Counted from the first letter of the stretch, positions 20,501 through 29,564 are shown. The stretch: 64,000 bases of DNA from Candidatus Latescibacterota bacterium (GCA_965215195.1 CBDCDC010000002.1:2816001-2880000); one strand, 5' to 3'. The notes: generated by a model from the sequence alone, not told the origin. Made by a program: numbers and translations.

Positions 20501-20758
20501 CACTTCCCGACGACAGCGCTCGGGCAGTTCTCGTTCCACCGCTTCGCGCCAAGCGGCTTTGAGCTGGTACAGGCCCTCTTCGGCCGGTTCGAGTTGCTCT
20601 GACAGCTCGGCAAACCACGCTGGATGCGTGTAGTCCCCGGTGCCGACCACGTCGACGCCCTTGAGCGCCGACCACTTGTGCAAGTTGGAGGGGTTGAGGT
20701 CGCGGCTGGTTGCTCGCGCAAAACGCGAGTGCAGATGTACGTCGATTGTGAACTGCAT
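17549..20758 (-). CDS. Endonuclease Q-like PHP domain fused to UvrD/PcrA SF1 helicase
   Basis: N-terminal DVHLHS, HIWTPHF, ETGLSSDP, SNSDAHS and GKYHYDGHRKC..CPVCG; C-terminal GPGSGKT, DEFQD, GDPDQAIYSFRG, NYRS, TLHAAKGLEF and EERRLFYVGMTRA. Confidence 0.9.
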   Translation of the reverse strand: MQFTIDVHLHSRFARATSRDLNPSNLHKWSALKGVDVVGTGDYTHPAWFAELSEQLEPAEEGLYQLKAAWREAVERELPERCRREVRFMLSVEISTIYKKGDKTRKIHHVVILPTFESAAQLNHRLGAIGNLQSDGRPILGLDSRDLLEICLETDENALFVPAHIWTPHFAALGASSGFDSLEECYEDLLPHIFAVETGLSSDPPMNWRLSALDRYAIVSNSDAHSPQKLAREATCFDTECSYPGIYSALKDRDPARFLGTLEFYPEEGKYHYDGHRKCAVCYKPAQTLAAAGICPVCGRKLTVGVLHRVERLADRPEGFRPDVAPPYEYLIPLDEVIGAAVGVGPKSKKVRAVYDRLLAELGPELEVLRRAGCAAIESCAGPLVAEGVRRMRCGEVEIYPGHDGEYGAISVFSEEERTRLKGQGALFDLGPAAAKMAEEVHVSAVPSPRPASTSPAEQDADALDPAQRQVEEAAGGPLVVVAGPGSGKTRVLTRRIARLVASGVDPGQIMAITFTRRAAGQMRQRLSALLGGESGLGAMQVGTFHRVALSLLRQLGCEPKLVLDEVEARRVLEGALTDANLPGPVAASRAISLAKAAAQGPDEVAEAWRPHYDAYQAALHAYGACDYDDILLDLLRLLEADAAVREQVRARFPYLLIDEFQDLNAAQYRLVLQLAGEGAGLMAIGDPDQAIYSFRGASPVHFAHLRDRFSGTQLFHLGANYRSQGHIVEAAAAVISHNPGREPIELAAMRPGKVRIRLIEVPGETAEGIAVVREIARMVGGTDMVQTDAGAEGTRSFADFAVLFRTGQQGRVLEECFRKEGLPYRLVGQKGFLQAPAVRAALAFARYASISQEDVRRWQALEAMGAEPHILRQVRRGELSAAAQDQIEALEARIAEYRQWAAQEGAGAWVRRWQAEFGDLEDEDLQHLARVGDAAGTLAQLLETVLLGAEADYEERGGPQGPEAVALMTLHAAKGLEFPVVFICGVEDELVPFRERDADLAEERRLFYVGMTRAEEELVLLRVRSRQRYGERVQCALSPFVGEIPARLLVREEVAMPRRRGAEQMSLF

Positions 20759-21009
20759 GGTTGGTCTCTGTGTTGGAGGGGAATAGGTCGCGAGGAATAG
20801 CAATCCGCTGATTGCCCGCGTTGCAGGGCCATAGTATACTAGAATTTCCTATGGCCGACAGCCAGACTTAGGCGATGCCTTCTGGCAGAGCTGTGATTCG
20901 ATCCACCAGTGTGTCAACAAAACCGTCGCCTTGGCCGAGGGCGGAAGACCTCAGTAAAGGTTGTAGAAGTCTTCGGCAACGACACTGTGACGATTGTGGA
21001 GGTAGCATT

Positions 21010-22194
21010 ATGAGCGGGCCTATTTCCGTCAATTCCCAAGTTTTGCGCTGGGCGCGTACCAGCTTGGGTCTATCGCAGGAAGAAGTGGCTCAGCGCATGA
21101 ACAAGAAGGTTAGAGAGGTTGATACTTGGGAACGCGGCGAGACGTCTCCAACATATATTCAGTTGGAAACGCTGGCATACAAGATATATAAACGCCCTAT
21201 CGCATTGTTCTTCTTTCCCGAGGTGCCAGAAGAGGAAGCCATAGAGCAAGAGTTTCGCACCTTGCCAGAGGACGAATTGCTGCACATCTCGCCATGGATG
21301 CGTTACCTATTCCGCAAGGCAAGAGTACTACAACTCAATCTCGCCGAACTGTATGGCGATGTGAATCCAGCAAAACGCAAGGTGTTGCACGATCTTGATT
21401 TTGCCCCCTCTGTTGCCGCTACCGATATGGCGGAGCAAGTCCGTACTTATCTGGGCATTGAACTCGCTCAACAACAGGCATGGAGAAATACAGAGGACGC
21501 TCTCAAACGTTGGCGGGAAGTGCTGGAGGAGTGCGGAGTTTTTGTTTTTAAGGATACCTTCAATCCGCCAAGGAGGATGGGTACGGGCGATAGCCCCTTT
21601 TCTGGTTTCTGCTTGTACGACCCAGATTTTCCGATCATCTACGTCAACAACAACAACGCTAAATCCCGTCAGATTTTCACCTTGTTCCACGAACTGGCTC
21701 ATCTGCTGATGGACACTGGTGGGATAGATACGCGGCAGGACAACTACATTGAGCACATGACCGGCGACAATCGGCGCATAGAAGTGCTCTGCAATCTGTT
21801 TGCCGCTGAGTTTCTGGTCCCCTCCCGTGATTTCGAAGCGCGTTTGGCAGGCGTTTCTATTGACGATCGCGCTATTGAAAATTGGGCTAGTCTGTACTGC
21901 GTTAGTCGCGAAACCATTCTGCGTCGCCTGCTCGACCAAGGACGAGTGCGTCAACAGGATTACGAACAGAAGGTACAGCAATGGTCAATGGAGCAAACGG
22001 GAAGTAGGGGTATGGGCGGTAATTACTATCTGACTAAGGGAGCGTATCTGGGTGAACGGTACATTGAAATGGTGTTTAGCCATTACCACCAAGGGCACAT
22101 TTCGGTGGAGCAGGCCGCCGACTATCTAGGTGTAGGGACGAAGAATGTTCCTAAAATTGAGGAATGGCTCTTCAATCAGGGAACAAGGGCATGA
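21010..22194 (+). CDS. XRE-HTH + ImmA/IrrE family Zn metallopeptidase
   Basis: N-terminal HTH (LRWAR...WERGE..PT); FTLFHELAH (HExxH); EVLCNLFAAEFLVP. Confidence 0.9.
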   Translation: MSGPISVNSQVLRWARTSLGLSQEEVAQRMNKKVREVDTWERGETSPTYIQLETLAYKIYKRPIALFFFPEVPEEEAIEQEFRTLPEDELLHISPWMRYLFRKARVLQLNLAELYGDVNPAKRKVLHDLDFAPSVAATDMAEQVRTYLGIELAQQQAWRNTEDALKRWREVLEECGVFVFKDTFNPPRRMGTGDSPFSGFCLYDPDFPIIYVNNNNAKSRQIFTLFHELAHLLMDTGGIDTRQDNYIEHMTGDNRRIEVLCNLFAAEFLVPSRDFEARLAGVSIDDRAIENWASLYCVSRETILRRLLDQGRVRQQDYEQKVQQWSMEQTGSRGMGGNYYLTKGAYLGERYIEMVFSHYHQGHISVEQAADYLGVGTKNVPKIEEWLFNQGTRA

Positions 22195-22297
22195 CAGTCT
22201 ATGTGTTGCCGCAAAAATCCCAAATGTTTGTGAGCATTTTGGGGTTGATTGTACTAATCTCGAAGCATTCATGGAACGGGAGAAATGGCGTTTTTAA
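22191..22297 (+). pseudogene. Internally deleted DUF4411 (PIN-like) gene
   Basis: An ATGA-coupled start MTVYV is joined out of frame to AAKIPNVCEHFGVDCTNLEAFMEREKWRF*, the typical DUF4411 C-terminus. Confidence 0.75.
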
Positions 22298-23190
22298 GCC
22301 TGCCCGACCCAGTTGGCAACCACGATCCCCACAGCCACCAACCCCATGCTGGCGAGCAGATAAGGCGATATGGCCTCGCCCAAGAGCGCGGCACTCAACA
22401 GCACACCCACCACCGGCGTTACAAAGCTGAAGCCTCCCAATCGCCCCGGCGAATGGTGTCGGAGCAGAAAGACGAGGATGACAAAACACAGCCCGGCGAC
22501 GGCAATGCCTTGGTAGAGCACGCCAGCGACGACCGGTCCGGTTAGGACGTACTCGGCTTCGGCCTCCAAGAGTGCGCTCCAAGCGGCGAACAGCGGCAGG
22601 CTCAGCACGGCCTGCCAGAACAGCACCTGATAGGGGTTAAGCCCCTGTACCAGCCGCTTGATCACCACCTGCCGCAAACCCAACAACAAGCCGCTGGCGG
22701 CCACCATGGCGTCGCCGAGCAGGTACCGCGTCTCGGCCAATGAAAGTGACTCCCCAAACAACAGCACCACGCCGGCAAACGAAATGACCAAGCCGATCCA
22801 CCGGCCCAAGCCCAAGCGGTCGCCGACGAGCAAGTGCGCGAAGAGCGCGGTGAAGAAGGGGTAGATATTGATCACCACCCCCGAGCGGCTGGCTGTGGTG
22901 TATTGAGTGCCGGCGTTCAGAAGCCATATTTGCAGGACGAAAAGCAGCGCCAAGCCGCCCAGCCCCTTCCATTCGCTGGAGGGTGTGCGCAGCCGAATAC
23001 CAGCAAAAAGTGCCCCGACCCATACGGTCAGAGCACCCAGTGCGAAACGCAAGCCCGCCATCGCCGCGGGCGGCACCCCATCGAGACCCATCTTGATCGC
23101 CACTGGATTGCCGCCCCACAGCACGGCGGTCACAAGGGCTAGGGCACCGGCCTTTAGTCCGACGGCCTCGTTGCGGATCTCGTCGGCCAA
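22294..23190 (-). CDS. EamA/DMT family transporter
   Basis: About 10 hydrophobic helices; LWGGN..AIK, RF, PFFT and TPVVGV..LLGE motifs. Confidence 0.9.
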   Translation of the reverse strand: MADEIRNEAVGLKAGALALVTAVLWGGNPVAIKMGLDGVPPAAMAGLRFALGALTVWVGALFAGIRLRTPSSEWKGLGGLALLFVLQIWLLNAGTQYTTASRSGVVINIYPFFTALFAHLLVGDRLGLGRWIGLVISFAGVVLLFGESLSLAETRYLLGDAMVAASGLLLGLRQVVIKRLVQGLNPYQVLFWQAVLSLPLFAAWSALLEAEAEYVLTGPVVAGVLYQGIAVAGLCFVILVFLLRHHSPGRLGGFSFVTPVVGVLLSAALLGEAISPYLLASMGLVAVGIVVANWVGQA

Positions 23191-23191
23191 C

Positions 23192-23833
23192 TCAGTCGAT
23201 GATTTCGGCCTTGACGATGTAATCTAGGTTGGGAAAGTTTTCTTTGAGATAGGCGTTGCCGCGCCCGGCGATCTGCCCTTGGTTTGGCTGCTGGCCGTAC
23301 TCGGCGTTGATCTGGTCAACTATTTCCATCCCTTCCACTATCTCGCCGAAGGGTGCAAAGTTCTGGCCATCAAGGCTACTATTGTCTCCCAAGTTGATAA
23401 AGAGCTGGGTCGTGCGCGTATTGGGCTGGTTGGTTTTGGCGTACGTGATCCGTCCGCGCGTATTGCTCTGCTTGACCGGGTCGTCGAGGATATTGGCCTG
23501 ACGCCAAACCGCGTCTAGCTCTGGATTGCCGCTCAGGCCCCACTGCACTACAAAGCCGGGCATCACGCGGAAGAAGCGCTGCTCGTCGTAGAAGCCGTTG
23601 CGGACCAAGTTGTAGAAGCGGTCGGCACCGCGCGGCGACCAGTCGCGCGTCACTTGGATGACCACCGAGCCGACGCTGGTCTCCAAGCGCACGGCGAATT
23701 CGTCGGGGGCCTGCTCGTTGAAGGCGTCTCCGGTAGGATCCATTAAGATCTCCTTGTTTGCTTGCCCACCTTGACCGCCGGTTCCACAGCCGAAAGCCCA
23801 AAGTGCGATGATTAGTAGTATGCTCTGCTTCAT
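23192..23833 (-). CDS. Cyclophilin-type peptidyl-prolyl isomerase, lipoprotein
   Basis: Lipobox WAFGC; FFRV.PGFVVQWG, TQLFINL, FAPFGEI.EGM. Confidence 0.9.
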   Translation of the reverse strand: MKQSILLIIALWAFGCGTGGQGGQANKEILMDPTGDAFNEQAPDEFAVRLETSVGSVVIQVTRDWSPRGADRFYNLVRNGFYDEQRFFRVMPGFVVQWGLSGNPELDAVWRQANILDDPVKQSNTRGRITYAKTNQPNTRTTQLFINLGDNSSLDGQNFAPFGEIVEGMEIVDQINAEYGQQPNQGQIAGRGNAYLKENFPNLDYIVKAEIID

Positions 23834-23859
23834 TTTTTATGCCTTTTTGATTGGTGTGT

Positions 23860-26103
23860 TTATCGATCCAGCCCCCGCACGGCGGCGACGAGGGCCTCGG
23901 TCGTAATGCCGAAGTGCGCCCACGTTTCTAGATGGCCTTCTGACGGGGCCGTCGTCGGATCGGTAATGCCGATGTGCGCTGCCGGAATGCCCAAGTCGCT
24001 GGCGACGCCCGCCACCAATCCGGCGAAACCGCGTACGCCAGTGTTGGCTGCGCCGATCAGGCCGTCTTCTATGGTTACTACGCCCTTGGGATAGCGACCC
24101 ACCAGCTCTGCTAAGGCAGCGTCAGGTAGCGGTAGCCCGTTGATTATATGCACATCCACCGCGCCTTCGAGCTGCTCGGCCGCCTCGCCAGCGAGAAAAG
24201 CCGGCGCGCCAAAAGCCAAGATCGCCCGCTCGGCTCCGGGGAATGTGCGATAGGTCGTCAGCGGCTCCCAAGCATCGCCCGCCTCCCACAGCGGCCCCGA
24301 TCCATCTTGCTTTGCGAGGATGGGCAGGGAATCGCGCGGGATGCCGATGATGTGCCCTCCGTAGTGTGCCGCCATATCGCAGACAGCCAAAAACGCCGCC
24401 CGCGCATCGGCTGGTCCGTAGAAGCGGTGCAGATAGGGCAAATAGCTCAAGCCGACGTTGATCCACTCCAAGCCCCAACCCGAAAAGTGATCGCGCCCGG
24501 TGCAGGCCCCCACGTGCGAGACGTGGAAGGCCACGTTGAGACCCTCGTTGACGCCGGTGAGATTGCGCTGGTAACGCCAGACGTCAAAGCCCTCGCGGGC
24601 AATGCCCTCGTAAAAGGCGGCAAACGTCGATACCACATTGAACTGCGGACCCGGCCCGCTCATCGCCAACCCGTCGGTGATCAGACAAGCGGCTTGCTCC
24701 TCAATGCTCATCTCGAACTGGTGATTCGCGGCCAAAAAACTGCGCGCCTTCGCCAGCTTGGTTGAGGGGTCAAGGTCGCAGCTAACGACGAAGACGTCGT
24801 CGGGAAAGTGCGCGGCTACCGCTGCGTACGCAGTCTCGGACCCGGCGCGCGGGCTTTCGCTCGTGCCCACCGCGGGCAAGCTGACCTTTTCCCGCACATC
24901 CTGGGGCAGGACCAAGTTGCGGCTGCCCGGGGCGGGTCTGGCTCGGATCTCGACTCGGCGCTTCTCGTCTTGGCGCAGCGTCGCGAGGGTTTGGCACACG
25001 GCCGCTGTTTTTTGAAACATGGGGTTGCTCAGCACTTGCGCGGCGTCGCGCCCCTTCATGTGGCCATCGTGATGCCCTTCGCCGCCGGGTAGCTTGTTGA
25101 CCAAGAAGAGGCATTCGAGCATCGGCACTACGTCGCGGTAGCTCATCAGCGAGCCGGGAATCCAGATGCGGGTGCTGAGATCGACGCTGTGCTCGGCGGC
25201 AAAAGTGGCGACCTCGGAGCTAATGCCTAGACGCTCGCCAAAGTCGCCGAGGCGCTCGTGCGTTCCCGTGGGATAGATCAGGGCGGGCTGACCCTGCTGC
25301 GCCAGTTCGTAGCCTTCGACATAGGTCTCGTAGAGCGTCGCGGCGTCGTGCAGGGTCTCGATCTCGATGATTTCCACGCCCAGGGCCGCGACGATAGAGC
25401 GCGGATCCTTGTCCATAATGCCCTCGGTAGCGCCCGAAAGCTGGATGCCGTTGCGGTGCATGACAAAGGTGATGGGTGCTCCGTGGACGGCTGCGCCGTT
25501 GAAGCCGTTGAGCGCTTGGCCCGAAATGTAGCCGGCGTCGCCACAGTGGCAGAGGACCCAGCTGCCCTCGCCGAGTTTGGCTCGCTTGCCAAGGGCTTGG
25601 CCTACGGCCACCGGGATCATCACCCCCAAGCGCCCGCCGTTGAGTTGGGTGCCGCCCGGCAGCCAAGACACGTGACCGGGAACGTCGAGTCCGCGGCGAA
25701 AACCTTCGACGACGATCTCCTCATCGACAAAGCCGAGTGCCGCCAATGCTGCGTAGTAGCCCACAGAGGTGTGGGCGTGTTCGATGGTGTATTCGATGCG
25801 TTTGTAGTCGGTGATCGCCAAGGTCAGCAAGAGCGGCGGAATCAGCTCCAAGCCGCCGCCGAGGTGGTCCAGCTCGCCGATCGCGGCCAGCGACGCCAGC
25901 GAGCGAATCGCGATCTCAGCCGCCTCGATCTGCAAGCCCTCCAAAGCGGCGACTTGATCTGGGTGCAGCGCTTGTTGTTTGCCGATATCCACGGTGAGCG
26001 GCAAGACCGCGGAATGCACCTGCTCGCCTAGGTAGCGCACGCCGCCCAACAGCTTTTTGTTGCGCCGTCGTTGGCCTGCTTGCGCCGCTTCGATCCCCCG
26101 CAT
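23860..26103 (-). CDS. Divergent single-chain transketolase-like TPP enzyme
   Basis: HLGGG, PGH, CGDAG...NGIQL TPP motif, DLDPST, SIEEQ, TFAAF, HFGI. Confidence 0.8.
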   Translation of the reverse strand: MRGIEAAQAGQRRRNKKLLGGVRYLGEQVHSAVLPLTVDIGKQQALHPDQVAALEGLQIEAAEIAIRSLASLAAIGELDHLGGGLELIPPLLLTLAITDYKRIEYTIEHAHTSVGYYAALAALGFVDEEIVVEGFRRGLDVPGHVSWLPGGTQLNGGRLGVMIPVAVGQALGKRAKLGEGSWVLCHCGDAGYISGQALNGFNGAAVHGAPITFVMHRNGIQLSGATEGIMDKDPRSIVAALGVEIIEIETLHDAATLYETYVEGYELAQQGQPALIYPTGTHERLGDFGERLGISSEVATFAAEHSVDLSTRIWIPGSLMSYRDVVPMLECLFLVNKLPGGEGHHDGHMKGRDAAQVLSNPMFQKTAAVCQTLATLRQDEKRRVEIRARPAPGSRNLVLPQDVREKVSLPAVGTSESPRAGSETAYAAVAAHFPDDVFVVSCDLDPSTKLAKARSFLAANHQFEMSIEEQAACLITDGLAMSGPGPQFNVVSTFAAFYEGIAREGFDVWRYQRNLTGVNEGLNVAFHVSHVGACTGRDHFSGWGLEWINVGLSYLPYLHRFYGPADARAAFLAVCDMAAHYGGHIIGIPRDSLPILAKQDGSGPLWEAGDAWEPLTTYRTFPGAERAILAFGAPAFLAGEAAEQLEGAVDVHIINGLPLPDAALAELVGRYPKGVVTIEDGLIGAANTGVRGFAGLVAGVASDLGIPAAHIGITDPTTAPSEGHLETWAHFGITTEALVAAVRGLDR

Positions 26104-26178
26104 GTGGAACTCCTAAGTGCGTATTTTCAGTTGAGTAAAGGACAGTAAAAGTATAAACTTAGCACCGAAAGCGGGCAA

Positions 26179-27189
26179 TTAACGCGGCTTAAACTGCACT
26201 GCCAATTTCTCGGCCCACGCCTTGTTCGCGTCAATCGTGCGTCCGGCGTTGTGCGGCGTGTGGACCACGTTGTGCCGCCCCAGCAGGGGGTCGTCTAAGG
26301 GCAGCGGCTCTTGGTCCCACACGTCCGCCGCAAGGCTCAGTTCGTCGGCCATCACTCGTCGCCGGATTGCGTCGGTATCGCAGATTTTGGCCCGGGTCAC
26401 CAGCACCACTAGACAGCCCTTGGGCAGCGCGTCAATGTGCCCAGCCTCGACCAAGCCGCGCGTCGATTCCGTGAGCGGCACCATGGGCGCAAACACTTGG
26501 GCATCGGCGACTAGCTGCTCCAGATGGTATTCGCGGCGCGACCCGGCCCGGTGAAAGCACGGCTCCGCGGCAAACGGATCCCAAGCCGCCACGTCGGCTC
26601 CGAGCATTGAGGCGAAGCTGGCGTAGCGGCTGGCGATATTGCCGGCTCCGACGATCCGCACCCGCTTGCCGCACAGCGTGCCATTGGCAAAGGCCGGGTC
26701 GTCGCCAAACTGGTGCCCTCGCGCCCCGGCCCGGCCCTCGCCTGCGGGCGGCTCGTAGTCCCAAGGGTCTTGGCTTTGGATGATCGCTCGGTGCAACTGC
26801 GGAATTCGCCGCAGCCCGCACAGCGTCAATGCCAAGCCAAATTCCGCCACAGTCTGCGACCAAAACCCCTCGCTCGGATGGTCGTACACCGCGACGCCGG
26901 CCTCGGCCAAGTACTCGCTACAGCCCTCGCCTAGCCGCCGGCCATAAGACCCCTGAAAGGTCGCTTCCCGCAAGGCCGTAAAAAGCCGCAGGCACGTCAG
27001 GCTCACTGGCACTCCTAGCGTCGCCAACCGCGTCACGCGGCTCGGATCCTCCACGAGCTCGCCCAAGGGCCGCTCGTCTCCGTGCGCTAGGCGCGCAAAG
27101 TCCGCTTTGGGCCACAAGGTGCGGAAGTGGTCGGCGGCAAAGGGCCAAACTCCGTCAAAATCTGGATGAACGACGATCAAATCACACAT
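26179..27189 (-). CDS. D-isomer-specific 2-hydroxyacid dehydrogenase family protein
   Basis: VAE, GAGNIA, PLTESTRGL, TRA, DVWDQEPL, TPHNAG; GAGGAGG RBS before the ATG at 27189. Confidence 0.88.
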   Translation of the reverse strand: MCDLIVVHPDFDGVWPFAADHFRTLWPKADFARLAHGDERPLGELVEDPSRVTRLATLGVPVSLTCLRLFTALREATFQGSYGRRLGEGCSEYLAEAGVAVYDHPSEGFWSQTVAEFGLALTLCGLRRIPQLHRAIIQSQDPWDYEPPAGEGRAGARGHQFGDDPAFANGTLCGKRVRIVGAGNIASRYASFASMLGADVAAWDPFAAEPCFHRAGSRREYHLEQLVADAQVFAPMVPLTESTRGLVEAGHIDALPKGCLVVLVTRAKICDTDAIRRRVMADELSLAADVWDQEPLPLDDPLLGRHNVVHTPHNAGRTIDANKAWAEKLAVQFKPR

Positions 27190-27271
27190 GGTATTCGCCC
27201 TCCTCACAAAAAAACGGGTTGCCGACTAGCCAGCGTCCTCCGCGCAAATTCTGATAGGGATGTTCGATCAT
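27182..27271 (-). pseudogene. Truncated 5' remnant of a PHP-family (CehA-like) gene
   Basis: GAGGAG RBS, then MIEHPYQNLRGGRWLVGN, which breaks off where the WLxGNLHxH motif is expected. Confidence 0.4.
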
Positions 27272-27353
27272 TGGCTTCTCCTCGGTTGGGAAGTGGCCTC
27301 AAAATACGGGAGCACCTTGCGGGCGACAAGGGAAGGTCTCCGCCGAGGCGGTG

Positions 27354-27382
27354 TTGACGCGAAAAGTAAGTGGCCCTTTAAT
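27354..27382 (+). promoter_or_regulatory. Putative sigma70 promoter
   Basis: TTGACG-N17-TTTAAT upstream of MITE copy 2 and the enolase-family gene. Confidence 0.45.
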
Positions 27383-27418
27383 ACAGGCCCGTGAAGCAAC
27401 AAATTTTAAGAACCCAGT

Positions 27419-27538
27419 CTAAGTACACGACAGTAGGGCCTTACCCTCGGATTGAGGGCATCTTGCCTTCGGTGAGGGCGGGACGCCCTCGATCCCGGAC
27501 TCATCGCCATCAACGACAATTATTGGTGTCGTACTTAG
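27419..27538. mobile_element. MITE, family A copy 2 (inverted relative to copy 1)
   Basis: CTAAGTACACGACA left end; TGTCGTACTTAG right end (2-bp deletion); 9-bp target duplication GAACCCAGT (27410-27418, 27539-27547); body is a near reverse complement of 17419-17541. Confidence 0.9.
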
Positions 27539-27572
27539 GAACCCAGTAATTAAAAATCGCCACAGGAGCCTG

Positions 27573-28727
27573 ATGAAAATCACCGATATCCGCACGCTGT
27601 CGCTCTCGCGCGCCCACGAGCCTGAGCGCCAGTGGTACAGCGCCACTTTCCACGTGCCCAAGGCCGACTGCTCAATTTGCATCGTCGAGACCGACGAGGG
27701 TTTGCAGGGCATTGCCGAGCCTTGTGCGTATGGGGTGCCGTCCGCCATCGCCGCTCGCATCGCCGAACTCAAGCCCAGTCTCATCGGCCGCGACCCCCGC
27801 GACGAGGACCTGACCCCGCACAACGAAGCCGTGCGCACCAATGACATTGCCAACGCCGGCCTCAACTGTGCGCTGTGGGATTTGCGCGGCAAGATCGCCG
27901 GCAAACCCACCGCCGACTTGCTCTGCGCGTCGGGGCAAGCCCCCCTGCGCCGCCTCCGCCTCTACGCTTCCTCGGGTGTGCGCTACGACTGGGACGACCA
28001 CCCCGAGTCGGTCGTCGAAGAGGCCATCGGCTACGCCGAAGAGGGCTTCACTGCCTACAAGATGCGCTTGGGCACTCATTGGGCCTGGTCGGGCGTCACC
28101 GTTGATCGCTTTCTCAAAATAGCGCGTCAAGTCCACGAGGCCGTGGGTGGGCGCATGGACCTAGCCCTCGACGGCAATTGCCGCCTCTCGATGGAGGAGG
28201 CCCTGCCCATTGCCGAGGCCCTCGACGAGATGGGCTGGGCTTGGTTTGAGGAGCCGGTCGAACGCGTACCCGCGGACTACGCCCGGCTCAACGAGGCCGT
28301 CTCCATGCCCATCACCGGCGGCGAGCCTTTTACCACGTGGGCGCAGTTCGAGCCTTTCATGGAGGTAGGGGGCTTCGGCATCGTCCAGCCCGACGCCGGC
28401 GTCTGTGGCATTGACCTCTGCATGGAGGTCGGCCACAGGGCTCACTTCGAGTACGGCGGCATACCCCTGATCCCGCACAACTGGCACAACGGCCTGATGA
28501 CGATGGCCAACGCCCACATGGTCGCGGCACTGCCTGCCCCGCGCCTAGTCGAGCTAAATATGAAGCAGGGGCCTCTACAGTGGGAGATCCTGCGCGAGAA
28601 ACCATTGATCGAAGACGGCCACTTGGCTCTGCCCGACGCCCCGGGCTTGGGCGTTGAACTGGCCGACGACCTCGAAGCGCGTTTCCCGTACATCGAAGGC
28701 TCTTGGGGCAATCCCGTACAGCGCTGA
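27573..28727 (+). CDS. Mandelate racemase/muconate lactonizing (enolase superfamily) enzyme
   Basis: ETDEG..G, ALWDL.GK, KMR, DGN, WFEEP, GGE, QPD, PHNW, PGLGV. Confidence 0.9.
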   Translation: MKITDIRTLSLSRAHEPERQWYSATFHVPKADCSICIVETDEGLQGIAEPCAYGVPSAIAARIAELKPSLIGRDPRDEDLTPHNEAVRTNDIANAGLNCALWDLRGKIAGKPTADLLCASGQAPLRRLRLYASSGVRYDWDDHPESVVEEAIGYAEEGFTAYKMRLGTHWAWSGVTVDRFLKIARQVHEAVGGRMDLALDGNCRLSMEEALPIAEALDEMGWAWFEEPVERVPADYARLNEAVSMPITGGEPFTTWAQFEPFMEVGGFGIVQPDAGVCGIDLCMEVGHRAHFEYGGIPLIPHNWHNGLMTMANAHMVAALPAPRLVELNMKQGPLQWEILREKPLIEDGHLALPDAPGLGVELADDLEARFPYIEGSWGNPVQR

Positions 28728-28733
28728 GGACGT

Positions 28734-29564
28734 ATGATCACCGACCTCGAAAATTATCTCTTCGACCTGCGCGGCTACCTGCATTTAGACGGGGCACTTA
28801 CCGCCGGCGAGGTCAACGATCTCAACGCCTGCCTCGACGCCATCCCGCCGCTGGGGCCGGGCGACTGGTACGGCCACATCCACGCCCATACCTATGGCAC
28901 GATTGACGGCCTCAACTTGCAGCAGATCTACGAGGCCGGCGAGCCTTTTGAGCGGATGATCGACCATCCCGCTTGGATCGAGAAAGTGAAGCACTTCGTC
29001 GGCGGCGAAGGCACGTTCGACTACGCACACGGGCCGCTCTTTATCGACGAAAACTTTGCCAACTTCCGCCAATCCGGGGAGGCCATCGGCCTGCACTCCG
29101 GCGGCTATCCGCCCATCATGCGCAACCAATTCCGCTACCACGGCGGACGCTACATGTGCGGGCAAATCAACGTCCTCGTGGCACTCACGGACATTGGCCC
29201 GGGCGACGGCGGCACCATGCTGATCCCCGGCAGCCACAAGTCCAATTTCGCGCATCCCCACTTAGACCGGCATCGCATGCGGCCCGAAGGTGCCACCGTT
29301 GAGGGCATTGCCGGCGCGATCGAGTGCCACATGGCCCGAGGCGATGCCCTGCTCTTTGTCGATGGGCTTTCGCACGGCTCGGCCCGGCGCAAAAACGCGG
29401 GCACCCGCCGAATTTTCGTCTATCGCTACGGACCCTCTTGGGGCAACTTCCGCCACGGCTACCATCCCTCGGACGAGCTGTTGGTGCGCCTGACGCCCGA
29501 GCGGCGGCAGATGGTCTGGCCGCAGAGGCCCCGTCCCCAAGGACCGCAAAAAAAAGGGCTTTGA
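28734..29564 (+). CDS. PhyH-family 2OG-Fe(II) oxygenase
   Basis: YLFDLRGY, LHSG, ALTDIGPGDGG..IPGSHK, GDALLF..L.HGS. Confidence 0.85.
   Translation: MITDLENYLFDLRGYLHLDGALTAGEVNDLNACLDAIPPLGPGDWYGHIHAHTYGTIDGLNLQQIYEAGEPFERMIDHPAWIEKVKHFVGGEGTFDYAHGPLFIDENFANFRQSGEAIGLHSGGYPPIMRNQFRYHGGRYMCGQINVLVALTDIGPGDGGTMLIPGSHKSNFAHPHLDRHRMRPEGATVEGIAGAIECHMARGDALLFVDGLSHGSARRKNAGTRRIFVYRYGPSWGNFRHGYHPSDELLVRLTPERRQMVWPQRPRPQGPQKKGL

Noticed and set aside
17419-27538. Composite transposon bounded by the two inverted MITE copies (starts exactly 10,000 bp apart)
   Set aside because: Each copy has its own distinct target duplication, indicating independent insertions; the round spacing is treated as coincidence.
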